Under the pieces are notes generated by a model. The model searched no databases, was not told where the DNA came from, and saw only the letters and a list, made by a program, of their open reading frames with translations. Source: Camelus ferus (lineage: Eukaryota). Taken from it: a stretch of DNA of 64,000 nucleotides. The translations under genes and the position numbers were made by a program. Shown piece by piece: positions 39,100 through 53,290 of this stretch; the stretch's first letter is position 1; the number at the start of each line of letters is the position of its first letter. The stretch spans positions 34,350,001-34,414,000 of the forward strand of contig NC_045696.1 of NCBI RefSeq assembly GCF_009834535.1, read 5' to 3'.

Positions 39100-42000
39100 G
39101 TAGTTAAGTGAAACAAAATAGTTATGCTTAAATGCAAAGTTAACCATTTCTGCCTGTCTGCCAGAGTCTCACCTCTGCTCTCATCCCACTGAAGCAAAAA
39201 TATTAACAAGCTTGGGGTGAATCTTTTCACATTTTTCTCATGGTTGATAGAGACCTATACATTTTTAAATGTTGGTCTTTAATTTCTGTTTTACCACAAC
39301 AACACTGTTATGTCCATTACTTTGCAGTTGTTTTTCACTTAATATACCGTGATCGTCTGACAAACAGATAGATCTATTGTTCAGATTTCTTTATGCATGT
39401 ATCATTTACATAGGTATGATTATTCTGAAATGAAAGCATGTCATGTGGATTTTTAATTACTATCTTTTTTTAACTTCTTTTTTATTCTATAACCCTCCAG
39501 GCATTTCATTTTCACTCTCAGATAGTAATCTGTCAAAATTTGCTTATGTATGGGGCTTTGTATGCTTTTTAAAAATATAATATTGTATACATTTATTTGC
39601 ATTTTGCTATTGTTACTTAATATAATGTCGTTGGAATCTTAAAGTCAACTACACTAATTCACTCTTTTTAGGGACAACCTAATATTCCATGCTATTGATG
39701 TGCCATAATTAATCCAATTACTCATCAATAGTACTTTTTTTTTTTTTGCAGTGTTACAGTCAACATCCCTGAACATCTAACCTAATGAATTGGCACTTTA
39801 ATTGCTATGGGATAGATTTACAGGAGTGGGATTGCCAGATCTAAGGATGTGTATCTTTTAAATTGAAATAGATAGTGATAGATTCCTCTCCCTGGCCCCA
39901 AAAAGCTTGAACAATGTACATTTCTACATTTTCTACAGATAATTGATGTGAATGTGTTTTTCCTAATCTCTCCACCAGAAACAAATATTATTTCCAGTAT
40001 GACATGTATGAAATGGTATTTTATTCCCCTAATACTATTTCACCATATTGCTATATTTATTAGCCTTTTAAGTTTCTCTAGTGTGAACTGATTATATTGA
40101 TAATTGCTTTTCCAGTTCAAGTTTCTATTGCATTTTGTCTTCTTGTCAATGTAACAATTTTTCATTGGATTTCAGCCTTTAATCTACCATTCTCATTACA
40201 AATTTTGTAGAAAAAGTCTCTCTGTATTTCTTTATAGCTTATGCATTTCTGTTCTTATTTAAGAAGTCTCTCCCATCCTTAAATTTTACATGTAACATCC
40301 AAAGTTTACTTCTAAAATTGCTAGCCTTAATCCATCTGGAATTTCTTTTGCATATCATATGAAGACAAACCCAACTTACTTTCATCCTTAAATAATACCC
40401 AGATTATCCAGAATTCCACTCCTGGGTATTTATCTGAAGAAAATATAAACACTAATTTGAAAAAATATATTATGCACCCCCATGTTCATAGCAGCACTAT
40501 TTGTAATAGCAAAAATATAGAATCAACTTAAATACTCATTGACAGATGAATGAATAAAAAAGATGTGAGGTATATATATATTATATATATAATATAATAT
40601 ATATAAAATGGAGTATTACTCAGCTATAAAAAATGAAACTTGCCATTTGTAACAACATGGTTGGACAGGGAGGGTATTACGCTTAGTAAAATAAGTCAGA
40701 CAGAGAAAGACAAATACTGTTATGTTTTCACTTATATATGAAATCTAGAAACCAAAACAAATGAATAAATACAACAAAACAGAAATAGACTCAGATAGAG
40801 AGAACAAACTAGTGTTTACCAGAGGAGAGAGAGGACAGGGTAGGGGTAGAATAGGTGAAAGGGATTAAGAAGTTCAAACTGCTAGTTTGAAGATAAAGAA
40901 GTCACAGGGATATAATGTTCAGCACAAGGAATATAGTCAATATTTTATAGTAACTTTGTATGGTAGTAATCTATAAAAATATTGAATAACTATATTGTAC
41001 ACCTGAAACTAATATAGGTCAACCATATTTCAACAAAATAATAAATATCAGCAAAAAATTAATAATAATACCCAGATATGTTTATTGAATGAACCACATT
41101 CTCCCCCACTGAATTGATACTGCCTTTGTTGCACATTAAATTTTCACATATTCTGCAAAAAATTTGTAGAATCTTTATTCTACTACATTGATCTATTTTC
41201 GTTCTTATAAGCAACTCTATGATCTGTTTTTAATATGAACTATTTGCTAAAGCAAATTCCTCCTTATAATCTTTTTTATATTTACTTTGCTGTTCTTAGA
41301 CATTTATTCTTCCTTGAGAAATTTGTTTGTCTTAGTGCTTTAAACTAAGCCTTATTGTGATTCTAATTGCAATTTTCTTCCCCAAAACATGGTATTTCAT
41401 AGTTCATATTTTTATGTCCTTCAATAAAGTTTTATAATTTAGCCATAATCTGACATAGTTTAAATAATATTTTAATGCCTACTTTTAAAAGCTAGAAAAA
41501 TTTAGCTGTGCATCCATCTTGTCTTGGTGCCTTTTTAATGTCATCATTTAAAAATCTTTCCATTTATGTCTACAGTAATTGATCCACTCTCACATTAATC
41601 TTAGTAATTAATATTTTTCTAGGAAATCATTTTCTCTAAGACTTGAACTCTACTTCCAAAATGTTACATGTAGTGTTCTTTAATGATTCTTATAGTTATT
41701 CTAAAACACTATAGTTTTATGATTTGTTTTTTATTCTTCTTAAGCTCGTCATTTCTGTTTTCTCAAATATATTTTATTAGTGTTTTATCTACTTTGTTGG
41801 TTGTATAAGAATCAAATTTGAGATTTATTTTTAAGTTCTAAGATTTCTCCTTTATAGTTAACTGATTATAGGATTTATCTTTGTTGATCTCTTTTGTTCA
41901 TTTTTCTAAATTTCTGGGGTTTTTTATCCTTTTTCTTTATTAATTATGGAAACCAAGACTATATCTTTGTTTTTTTAAATAGCTTTTGTTAGTTTCCATA

Positions 42001-42300
42001 TATTTTGGTGTGAAGGGTTAAACTTTCCATTAATTTCTTAAAATTTTAACTCCAGCTTCGATTTCCTTTTTCATCTGAGTTATTTTCAAGTGATACATCT
42101 TAATTTCTAAGTAGTAAAGATTTGGAGAAACATAGTTCTAGTATTAATTTTTATTTTTTTGTTTATAATCAAAAAACCCATTTATTTGCAATAGGTAAAA
42201 TTGAATCTCTTTATTATACAGTCTTGTGGCATTATTTATTTGAGATGTTTTTCCTCTTGAAATTCCAAATCACTAATTTAAATTTAAGACTTGATCTTGC
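39100..42300 (-). mobile_element. Highly degraded old L1 (L1ME-like), 3' UTR into ORF2, interrupted by a younger L1
   Basis: 'gggatagatttacaggagtgggattgc', 'ttaatccatctggaattt', 'tttattgaat...ctcccccactga'. Confidence 0.65.
40405..41063 (+). mobile_element. 5'-truncated L1 (ORF2 C-terminus and 3' UTR) with perfect 14-bp TSD
   Basis: TSD aataatacccagat at 40391-40404 and 41064-41077; 'ttccactcctgggtatttatc', 'aaataagtcagacagagaaagacaaatac'. Confidence 0.95.
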
Positions 42301-43137
42301 CATCCGATCATCTACTGATCTTCTAATGTTAAAAAATTTAAACATTTCTAATGTTTAAAAGTTTAATATGTGATTGCAGCTCTAGAAATAAGACATTGTT
42401 TTATTCCTGAATGTTTTTAAGTATTTGTGGTTGTGGCTGTGGTGGTTGTTTGACCAGGTTGTTTATGTCTCCTCAAGCAGCTGTATTTCCTCTGTCTTCA
42501 TTGTTCATTCTCTCTCTCTGTCTCTTAATCTGGCCCTCTCTCCCACCCTCATAGGTTTATTCTTAACAGTTCTTTACGTATTTAATGGGATTCTCTTTCT
42601 CTGCTGAGATTCCTTCAATACTGGAAGGCCAGACAATCAATAATGGCTGATGCTGGGATCTCTTCTCTTGTAAGTAGTGATATGTTGACAGCCAGCTTGG
42701 TCTCCCAAGGCATCTGAAGGCGGCTGTCCATTCCTCTGTTCCCTTGTGCTCTCCAAGCCTTAGGATGGAGAGAATTTAGCCTGCCTGTTGCCCTCTGGAT
42801 ACAAACCGTGGAGACCTGATGAATCCTTACTGTAAACCCTGATCTTCCAGAGATCTCCATGGATCAAGCTCTTCCTAAAATCAGATGTGTTCAGAGTTTT
42901 ACCCCGGCGCCCTCCCAAGCCTGCCTCTTAGGCTTTTCTCCAAAACTGACAGTTAAAGCCCTGCCATGCTTCTTCTCCAAATCTCTCAGCCAGTCTGAAT
43001 GGCAGAATCGTAAAAGAGAGTGAATTTGATATTGAAAGTGAAAGAAAAGTGGGTTGCATTTAGTTGCCATATTTCTAGAATCTTTTTCTATCCATTATAT
43101 TACCCATATCAGAATAAAGTAGCATGTTAAAATCAGG

Positions 43138-43240
43138 CATGGGGCAGAGGGTACATGCAAAGCCTCTGTACCTTCTTCCATTCAGTTTTGCTATGAACCT
43201 AAAACTGCTCTAAAAATAATAAAGTCTATTTTTTTAAAAA
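43138..43240 (+). mobile_element. L1MC/L1MD 3' tip
   Basis: 'ttttgctatgaacctaaaactgctctaaaaataataaagtctatt'. Confidence 0.85.
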
Positions 43241-44439
43241 ATGAAATATGTAGAAGTAAATACATTTGAACATGATTTAAAAGCTGAAGTTTTCCAAAGG
43301 GACAGTCTATACTTGTAGAACATAGGTTTGACGTTTACGCTTGTTCTTTGTGGCATACATAAAATGAAACTTTTCTGCAAAGAATTTCTCCCAATAGTAC
43401 TGAGGAAGGTAAACCTCCAATCAGTTGCCAGTAATAGTTATTAAACCAAAAGGGTTAAATTAAAAAAATCTTTGCAGCATACGCAGCTAACCAATTTTCT
43501 TCTCTATTTGTGCCAGTGTAAAGATGTGCATTTAGAAAAATGTAATGTAGAAAATAGTGCAGCCTCTACCATTCCTCTAAGAATAGAATAAAAGGCTTGT
43601 GAACTACTCTTACAAAGTTCAGTCTGTATGTCCTCACATTAAGTTTTTACCCTCTGAGGATCTCAGAACACAGTGCTTGCAACATTATTAGTAAGAATGA
43701 TGTGCCTCAGCTTCCATCGATTCTGACAATGCTTTCACAGAAGTTACAGCCTGTGTTACCATTTTACTGTTCCAGACTCGTTAGGGTGTTTTATGTCTTA
43801 CCTCCTTCCTTTATGACATCGCTCTACCTAGGATTATTTTGTGATTTTATCATGTTCATTCTTGCTGCTCGAAGAGCACAATGAGTCAGAATGGAGATAA
43901 GCAGGAGAAAATTGTCTCTGAATTTTCAGAAATACAACTTAGCAAATATTTTTATGTTGCACCAAATTAAAATATTTTCCAGTAAAGACAAATTCCTGCA
44001 AACTTGTCTAGTTCTGGTAGAGAATGAATAGCGATGATTAAATCATCAAAATTATATCACAGATACAGACTATGATGAATAGGAATAATATCTAATATAT
44101 AATCCATGTTCTTAAAATTAATATTCCTATCTAAAGCCAGCCATACAGATTTATAACACATGACACGTAACTTACAAAAGAAGGAATGATCCTAGTGATT
44201 TTTTTCCGTAATAAATAGACCCAATATAGAAAAATAGAGGATAACTAATTTTTAATGTCTTTTAAATGTCTGTGATCTGCATTTCATTCAGCAGAAGGCA
44301 AAAATCCCTTAAAGCCTTCCAAAATTAGTCTTTAACAGAATAAAATATCTTAGATTTTGGACTTTAGAGTCTTACAAACTTGGTTACAAATCTGGACTCT
44401 CAGTAGTTCTAAACTTTGTCAGTTTCTCACCATCCATTC

Positions 44440-45506
44440 CACTATCACTGGAATAATCTTCCTTAGGGTTCTGTCATAGACACTTTTCTTATTCCTTGAT
44501 ATACTCTTGCCTTGTTTGTCAGTGGCTCCCAAATATATTTCTCAAGCCCAGCCATCTCCAGAATTCCAGATCCACATATCTCATAATAACTCATATTCTT
44601 ACTTGGATGTCTCCAAGGCATCTCAAACATAAGATGTCCAACAGAACTCTTAATTTTTCTTCTCAAACACCTCCTGGAACATTGCCTCTCACAGTGGATG
44701 GCTCCATGTCCCCTGATGCCAGAATTTTGAAACTCTTGTTTGACTCCAAATGCCCCATGCCAAGTCAAGTTCATGTCAGTCCAGAATATCTCTTGAATGT
44801 ACTGATGTCTCAAACCTCATTTCTGTCACCCTCCCCAGTCTACCACTGCAGACTTTCAGTTGTCCTAGAAGATCCCACGCTATCTCCCTTCCAGTCCGTT
44901 TATCCTCTTGCCACCAGACGAATACTTTAAAATCTGAACCTTTTTGAGTCACACAGTAGTTTAAAATCCTTCAGTCATTTTTCATTTTGCTTAAGATAAC
45001 ACCCAGGGACCATTGTGTGCCAGCCTCTTCAGCCTCACTCTGCACCACTCCTTCCTTCAGTCATTCTGTGCTTGTTTCAGTTTCTGAAATACTCTGAACT
45101 TGACTTTATCTCTAGACTTTCCTACATGGTGTAGTATTTTACCAAGAAAGTCTTTTTTTTTACTTATCCAGCTTGCTTCATCTAATTTATTTCGTCCTGC
45201 ATCTCATCTAGGACATCGTATGTTCAGAGAAATCTTCCCTGACTTCCTGGGCCCAAGCTGGTCTTTCTGTTTTACAGACCAACAGAACTGATTTTTCCTT
45301 TGCATCATCTATCACACTTGTAATTACATGTTCAATGCCTTTCTTTTCCACCAAAATGTAAAGGCAATGGGGAAAACAAGTATGTTGGTATCATTTTTTT
45401 TTACTACTATGCCCTAGCACTTAATACAGCACTTTATATACTATAGATTATTAATACTTTTCTATGGTATAGTAGATACATGTAGTATGTAAGTGAGTAA
45501 GTGAAT
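44440..45506 (+). mobile_element. L2 (RT remnant to 3' end), apparently flanked by the two halves of a MIR (about 44350-44405 and 45510-45630)
   Basis: Translation WMSPRHLKHKMS resembles L2 WMSHRHLKLNMS; 3' 'ccctagcacttaatacagc...gtgagtaagtgaat'. Confidence 0.85.
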
Positions 45507-45677
45507 ACAGGCTAGACAAATTAACTTGTGTTTCTTCATCTCTAAACTGGGGTTATTATTATGTATCTCAGGGTCACTGCGAAAGTTTGGTGTAAAGGGA
45601 AAGATGGAGGTAAAATAATTTTGTAAACAGCATCAGTTTCTTTTCTTCTCGTTAGACTTGCTGTACATGAAGAAGTG

Positions 45678-46170
45678 TGTATTTGTTTTTAATTGCTGCT
45701 GTAATAGATTACTACGAACTTATCAGCCTAAATTTATTATTTTACAGTTTGGTAAGTGAGAAGTCCAATACGAGCCACACTAAGCTAAAATCAGTGTTGA
45801 CAGAGTTGTGTTCCACCTGAAGACTCTAGGGAAGTATATATTTTCTTGCCTTTTCTAGCTTCTAGGGAGTCACCCATACTCCTTTGCACATGCCCCTCTT
45901 CATCTTCAAAAGCCAGCATCAGCAAGCTGAGTCCTTCTTACACTTCAACTAACTTTCTCTTTTTCTGTCTCATCTTTCTGACCCAACTGGGAAGGTTTCT
46001 CATATATTAGATTGGATCCACCCAAATAATCCAGAACAGTCTTCCCACCATAAGGTCTGTACCCTTAATCACATTTGCAGCGTTTCTTGCTATTAAATAA
46101 GGTAACTTATTTGCCAGATCTGGGGATTAGAGCATGGACATCTTTAGGCATTATTATTTTGCCTACCACA
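45678..46170 (-). mobile_element. MaLR solo LTR, MLT1C/D-like
   Basis: tgtatt...gctgctgtaa start; 'ggggattagagcatggacatcttt...gcctaccaca' end. Confidence 0.9.
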
Positions 46171-47299
46171 AGATATGATGATATCACTATTATTTTTATC
46201 ATCAAACTAATATTTTCTAATGCCATAAAGTTAAGAAAAAGAAAAAAGGAAAGAAAGAAAAATGGTAAAGTGTACCATTACTCTATTCCCCCTTTGGTTA
46301 AGAATGCAGTAGTAAAAGAGAAAGAGAATCAGAACTTGCTCTCTGCCCCCCAACCCAAATTCAGGCCCTGATCTAAATACTTTCAGTAAATCTCAAAATG
46401 CTTTTTATGGATAAAGGAGTTCAAGGCTTGATAAAGGGCTTGACAACATGTAAAGTGTAAATGAATCTACAACATTGACTGAGTGAAGTCATGTTCAGAG
46501 CACTGTAAAAAAATTTGTGTACCTCAGGCATATACCCAAGCCTGAATAGGCCTAGTTCACTGTGGCTTGTGATCCCCTATGAACATCTGCTCAGTCTGAA
46601 CTGTCTGTATTGGGACTGGATCTGTAAGAACTTCACCCTCAGCCAGCATGTTGCCTTGGTTAGTCTAGGAAGACGTTATCCTTCGTTTGTGCTTTGCTAC
46701 TTCGTGGCTTGTCTTTCTACCAACGTGAAATGGACTCTACATCAATTCACCTCTTTCCTATCCCTATTTTACTTCTTAAAGATTTTTTCCAATCCCATAT
46801 CCCCCATGGACTCTTCCTTGAATGTTATATGTTATCTATATTTAGGAACCCTTAAGTACCATACTTGTGGATAAGTTTTCAGTTGTTTCAGACACATGTA
46901 ATCACTTGTAAAATTAATTTTATCTGAGAAAGATGGATATTTGTTTCATACAACAGTGGGGGATTTTGTGTAGACTTCCGCCTTATACCAAAACCAAGCA
47001 TGATATCTTTACTGAGAATGATAGAGAGATGCTTTGCCATTAAAGTCAGCACTTTAAAGTGGATCAAACCACTTCTAGTTCCTTTGCAGACCCAGGCTTC
47101 AAAGATCACAGACTTGAGACAAATGGTTACAATACTTAGATTTTTGTGAATTTCCATCTACTAAAGGCATTTTCCTTTGTTGAATTTAAAAAATTCTATC
47201 ACAGGAATTTATTACTGCTGTTCATTGGGAACACATTAGTCTCACATGAGTGGTTGGTCAGTCTAAAAAAATACTATTTCCTACTTAATTGACCTGGTG

Positions 47300-48775
47300 G
47301 GTTTCTGGAGATTGGCCAGATATATCAGCTGCTGAGTTTTTTGTTTGTTTGTTTGTTTGTTTGTTTTGAGGTGTATATCTGTTAAGATCATCTGATCTAA
47401 TGTTTTCTTTAAGGCTGATGTTTCCGTATTGATTTTCTGTCTGGATAATCTTTCTGTTGTGTGAGTGGGATATCAAAGTTTCCCATTATTATTATATTAC
47501 TGTCTGTTTTCTTTTATGGTCTGATGATATTTGCTTTATATATTTAGGAGCTTCTATATGAGGTGCATAAATATTTACAAATGTTATATCCTCTTGTTGG
47601 ATTGACCCGTTTATCATTACATAATGCCTTTCTTTGTCTTTTATACAAGTCTTTATTTTAAAGACTATTTTGTCTGATATAAGTATAGCTACATCCCAGA
47701 TTTTTTGGGTTTCTGTTTGCATAAAATGTTTTTTTCCATGCTTTTCATTCAATCTGTGTGTGTATCCTAATGTCTGAGGTGAGTCTACTGTAGGTGGCAT
47801 ATAGATGGACCTTGTTTTTTGTTGTTGTTATTGTTCTAATTCATTCAGCCATTCTTTTGATTGAAGAAATTAGTCCATTTACATTTAAAGTAATTATTAA
47901 TAAGTGTGTACTTATTGCTGTTTCATTGTTTTTCTGGCTCTTTTGTAGATCTCTTGTTCTTTTCTTCTTCTCTTGCTCTCTTCCTCTCTGGACTGATTTA
48001 CTTCCTTTAATGGTAGGCTTAGATTCCTTTCTCATTATCTTTGTGTATCTACTATAGACTTTTGCTCTATGGTTACCATGAGGCTTATATATGACAACTC
48101 ATATTTATAATAGTCAGTTTTAAGTTGATAACAAGTTATGTTTGAACACATAAAGCCCTGTAGTTTTATTCTTCTCCCACTCATGTTTTATGTCTTTGAT
48201 GTCACATTTTGCTTATTTTTATCATGTGTACCTGTTAACTAATTATTTTAGTTAGTTATTTTTACTTCTTTTGTCTTTTAACCTTCTTACTGCCTTTATA
48301 AGTGATTAATCTACTTTCTTTATTTTATGTTTACCTTGACCAGTGAGATTTAGCCTTTCGTATCTTTTCTTGTTACTGATTAGTACCCTTTCTTTTCAAC
48401 TTAAAGAAGTCCCTTTAACGTTTCTTTTAAGGCCAGTTTAGTGGTGATGAACTCCTTTAGTTTTGCTTTTCTAAAAAATTCTTTATATCTTCTTCAGTTC
48501 TGAATGATACTTTGTCAGGTAGGGTATTCTTCTTTGGAAATTGTTTCTTTTAGCACGTTAAGTATATCATGCCACTCCCTTCTGGCCTGCAAAATTTCTG
48601 CTGAAAAAATCTGCTGATGCCTTATGAGGATTCCCTTGTATGTAACATTGCTTTTCTTTTGCTACTTATAACACTCTCTCCTTGTCTTTAACTCTCGGCA
48701 TTTTAATTATAATATGTCTAGGTGTGGGTCTCTTTGGATTAATCTTATTTGGAGACTTCTGGACTTCCTGCACCA
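47300..48775 (-). mobile_element. L1 internal fragment: ORF1 3' part, spacer and ORF2 endonuclease domain (decayed)
   Basis: ORFs give ITLNVNGL and VAILISDKIVFK...HYVMINGSIQQEDITFVNIYAP, the L1 APE endonuclease; (TTTG)6 at 47340-47363. Confidence 0.95.
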
Positions 48776-51079
48776 GCTGGTTTCTTGGTTATACTGTATG
48801 TCACTCCAGAGACAACAACAGGAATGAGGTACTAATAGAATGTTGCTTCTGTAGTAGAACCACAAAGGTGTCATCTATAGAGCCACGTGACATTCATTGA
48901 TTTTCATAGCTACAACCTCAGGGATCACTGGGGCCACAAATTAAAGGAAGCAAACCTTTTTTTCCATGTCCTGAAGCTAGTGAATTATATCATTTATTGC
49001 TCTTATATTTACTCATAAAGGGTATGTTCCTGCCAAAAAAAAAAAAAGTCATTATTAATACATGAGACAGCTACACTTATATTACCTTTGTGTCAGAGTA
49101 GCCTGGCATACTGCTTGTGGTCAGCAGTGCTCAATGAACTAAAAAGTTGCTGAAGATGTGACATCCAGCATGACAAGCTTACAAGAAGCACAGGGTTTCT
49201 AGACACTAGAGCATGTTTGATACCTGTTGTAGCTCTGCCTCTCTTTCCTTGCATTTATACAGGCATATACCACCAAGCTCTAACTTACTCCCCCTAGCCT
49301 AGGCCTTATCTGGATGAAAGCAAACAAATGGAATTATGATTGAGATATGCTCAATCCCCATTCAGATTCCAAGTCTTGTCCTCAATAAAACTGAAAAAAA
49401 AAAAAAAAAAAAAAAACCCTAGACATCTCACTCTGTGTTTTCTCATCCAGAGACCAAAATCATGAATATTTTTAATTCTTTTGCCTAAGTTGATAACTCA
49501 TTAGAGAACCAACAGATTCCAAACCAAACATGAAAACAACAACAAAAACAGAAGGATCTGAACGTCTGATTTTCACTAAAAATGTGGTTCTTAAGGATGC
49601 AATCTTTAAGAGACGACCAATTATACAAAGTTACATTTGACATTGAAAACAACTTAGAAAATTTCAAAATGCACTGGATAGATGTAGAACTTTGCTGAGA
49701 AATGTGTGTTGTAATAATTAATATGAATATATAACTTTGCATTAACATTTTAGGTAACATGCATTTTTAAAGTGGAAAATGGAAAAATTTTTATGAGATA
49801 TAGGTAGTTGTGAAATCAATTCTTTTGTCTAGATTGAAACCAATAACTGTGCCTCTTAAATTACTATACCAGTTGATAAGTACAAGGGTAATTGTATAAT
49901 ATGCAAATATATAAGTACCATTGAAATACTGGGTGACAGTTTTTGTTATTTAATTGAGGCATAACATACATTGGGTTGTAATTTTTAGAGAATATTGGTT
50001 GAATTAAGAATTCTTTCACAGTCTTTTCTCTGTGGAACCTGACATCAGGCCACATCTGTATTCAGACATGCCTCTTTCTTTGGCATTCACCTTTTTTCCC
50101 CCTTCTATCAATTGTTATTATTTCCTAAATTCAGAGTTATTCTTCGTTACTTTGGTAAACTAAGCTGTAAATTGAATTGTATATTAAACTTTCCCCTCTA
50201 AGCATCATTGATGTAATAAAAACACATAGTGAAATATCCATTTTTTCTCAGTTTTGTTAAGCTTAGAATAAGAACAGAATATTGAATTTATCTCAATTCA
50301 ACAGTTGTTTACTTGTATAAGGACATGGCATAATAATTGGAATATTTAAATATTGTGCTCAGAAACCTCTGGGCTTATGAAAATGTGAGAAGTTGAACAA
50401 ACAACTGGAATAGAATGCCAGAGTGACTTACTTTGACGTATACATAAAATGCGATTATCAATTCAGAACTCATTGTACCTAAGAAAGTATGAAATTTCAG
50501 CTTTACTTATAGGCAAAACATTGAGAACTTGGCTCCACTGGTTTTAATAGGAATTTGGTTCACCTATTAAGAAGAACATTTTTTCACTCTTCTTATCACT
50601 GTGAATCCTGTATCTGTTTTGAATAAATTCTAAATAATTACATTTTAAAATAGAGCTCCCAAAAGTTAGGGAGAAGAATTTTATCTCTTAGAAATGGCAT
50701 CTCTTTAATCTCCAGTTAAAAGAAAAAAATGAAAATGATTGCCTTTATAAAGGGCTACCTTTTCATTAATAGATCAACAATCATTATTGGCTTTAACCTA
50801 AATAGTCATACCAGCCATTTTCTGCCCTTGTACAGAGTAACAGTACTCAACATGCCTTACCATCTTTATTATACTAAGTTTAAATTTCTCTTGCTTAAGT
50901 TTAAGGCTGTAAAGCTTATAAATATTTTAGAAAACACAAATATAGCTCTTTCCTATTGCACTGTGAAAATTATGGAAAGGCTGATTTCTTTCCATAGCTC
51001 TACTAGTTACATAAATATGTGTTTTCTTGTGCCTTTGTTAATATTCCTTTATATCTGTTATAGTTTTAAGTATTCTTAT

Positions 51080-51548
51080 TTAAATTATTTTTAGATGAAT
51101 GTTTTAGGGGTTACATTTTTAACTTTTCACATTCTAGTTGAAGTTAATGTAGTACCTCTGCCCATAAAATATTAGTTACGTAACCATGTAGGTTCATTTA
51201 CTCCCCCATCATTTGTGTTTTTCATATGTATTACATTTATATGTCTTTATAAACCCCACAATTCATTGTTATGATTTTTCTTTAATAAATTATTTAGATT
51301 TTAAATAAATATAAAGGGAGGATAGCCTCTTATTTTTATGAGCATATTTACCATTTTTAACGTGTTTTATTCCTTCCTAGAGGTTAAAGGTATCATTTGC
51401 CATTTGCCACAAGAATGTCCTTTATTGTTTTTCTATAATACAGGTCTACTTGCAATGAATTTTCTTGGTTTTCTTTTATCTGAGAATGTCTTTAGTTGAC
51501 TTTTTTTAAAAGCATATTTTTCAATGGATAATAAATTCTTGGTCAGCA
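51080..51548 (-). mobile_element. Old L1 inter-ORF/ORF1 fragment
   Basis: 'caggtctacttgcaatgaattttcttgg...tctgagaatgtcttt...aaattcttggtcagca'. Confidence 0.75.
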
Positions 51549-51549
51549 T

Positions 51550-52772
51550 ATCACCAGTCACAGACAATTTTGAAATCCAAACAAACAGACTATTTGTTTT
51601 CAGTGCCTGAGAATAGTTCTTGGTGATTCAGTGCACACCCCTTTAGGATCAGGGCTCCACCCTCTGAGTAGTCCTTCCTTTTTATGAAAAGTCGTACGTG
51701 TTTGCAGCTGAGTGGTTTTATCGTCCTTTGTCTTGCCTGTAGAGTTTTGGAAGTCCAATAGCCTTCCTTCCTTTTTTATATTTTGTACTATGTCTTTTTA
51801 AAATTCAAACTGGCAGTTTCTGCATAAAATTTTGAAGAACCTTATGGGTCTCTTATGTATGTCACAGAAATTCACTCCATAAGACAGGAAGCTCCTCCAC
51901 ATAGTTTTCCTAGAAAGCAGCACTTTAAAAATGATCTGCTTTCTTCTTGCTTTTATTATCTACGATAATTTCCTGTTGGCATGTAACTTAACATAGTCAC
52001 GGGTTCCAAAGTTTCTATCTATGAATCATTGAAATTGTTATTCTTTCATGTATAATGTGTCATTTTTCTCTGACTTCTCTACATGTCCCATTTTTCTCAA
52101 ACTTCTTTAACTTCTGCTGAGAGGCTTAAGGGATCTGAATCACACACTAAATCTTTTCAAAGAGCCTTTTATATGAATGAATTCCATGACCATTACATTT
52201 TTTGAAAGGATTAGCAAATGGTTGTCCAGCTGCACTCTTAGTTGTTTTGGGTTTTTTGCTAGAGCCCACTTTCATGATAGTGAATGTCTTAATTTTAGTG
52301 TCTGTTGCAATCTGGTTAGGCTGATAATGTCCCAAGTCATCAAATCCTGATCCTTTTTGTATAATAGTTTTTCATTATCATATCTCTGTTCTCTCACATT
52401 TTACTCTAGGAAGCAAGAAGCAAGCAACAGCTTCAACACTTTGCTTGGAAGTCTCCTTGACTAAATATTTGCGTTCATTACTTACAATTTATATTTTCCA
52501 TATAACTGCAGAACATAATACTACTAAGTGTTCTGACACTATATATCCCATTTTTTCCAGTTTTCAATAATATGTTCCTTATTTCCTTCAGAATCGTCTT
52601 TAGCAAGATGATTAGCATCCATATTTTTACAAATAGGCTGTTCAAGGTAATCTAGGCTTTTCCTACGATGTACCTGAAATCTTTTCCAGGTCCAATCCAT
52701 TGCCCAAATCCAAGGTAACTTCCACATTTTACGTATTAATTGCAGCACCACCGTACTTCCAGTACCAAAATC
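51550..52772 (-). mobile_element. MaLR internal sequence (MLT1-int), 5' part, interrupted at about 51915-52085
   Basis: Abuts the LTR through 'agtaccaaaatc' (gattttggtact on minus strand); ORF 52539-52802 has MaLR-like remnant ...HIIENWKK. Confidence 0.8.
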
Positions 52773-53290
52773 TGTATTAGATTTGTATGACTTTTGTAAC
52801 AAATTTCTGCAAGTCTAGTGAGTTAAACAATGCAAATTTCTTCTACAGTTCTGGACATCAAAAGTCTGAAATGGTTCTCTCTGGGCTAAAACAAAGGTTT
52901 TAGCAAAACTTCATTCCTTCCTGGAATTATCCTCCCCACCCCACCCCCCTTTTTCGACTCTTTTTTAGTGTTTTGAAACTATCTGAATTTGTTGGCTCTT
53001 AGCCCTTTTCTATATTCAAAATCAGCAATGTCTAGTCAGTCGTGTCTTTTTCAGATTGAATCTCTCTGAAACTGACTCAACTGCTTCCCTCTTCCACATT
53101 TTAGGACCCTTGTGATTATATTGGACCCTCTCATAATCCATAAAAATCTCCTTTTTTTTAAGGTCTGTTGACTAGCAATCTTACTTCCATATGCTACCTT
53201 AATTCCCTCTTGGCATGTAACTTAACATAGTCACAGATTCCAAGGACTGGGATATGGGCATCTTTGAGAGGCATTATCCAGCCTACCATA
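52773..53290 (-). mobile_element. MaLR 5' LTR, MLT1D-like
   Basis: tgtattag start; 'tacagttctggacatcaaaagtctgaaatgg'; end 'catctttgagaggcattatccagcctaccata'. Confidence 0.9.

Noticed and set aside
44463..44947. 116-144-aa ORFs on both strands
   Set aside because: Lie within a decayed L2
47492..47800. Endonuclease-like ORF as a host gene
   Set aside because: Frameshifted L1 ORF2 remnant within a truncated L1
49384..49416. AATAAA followed by a poly(A) run, suggesting a retrocopy tail
   Set aside because: Spacing is too short, and no TSD or recognisable parent mRNA was found
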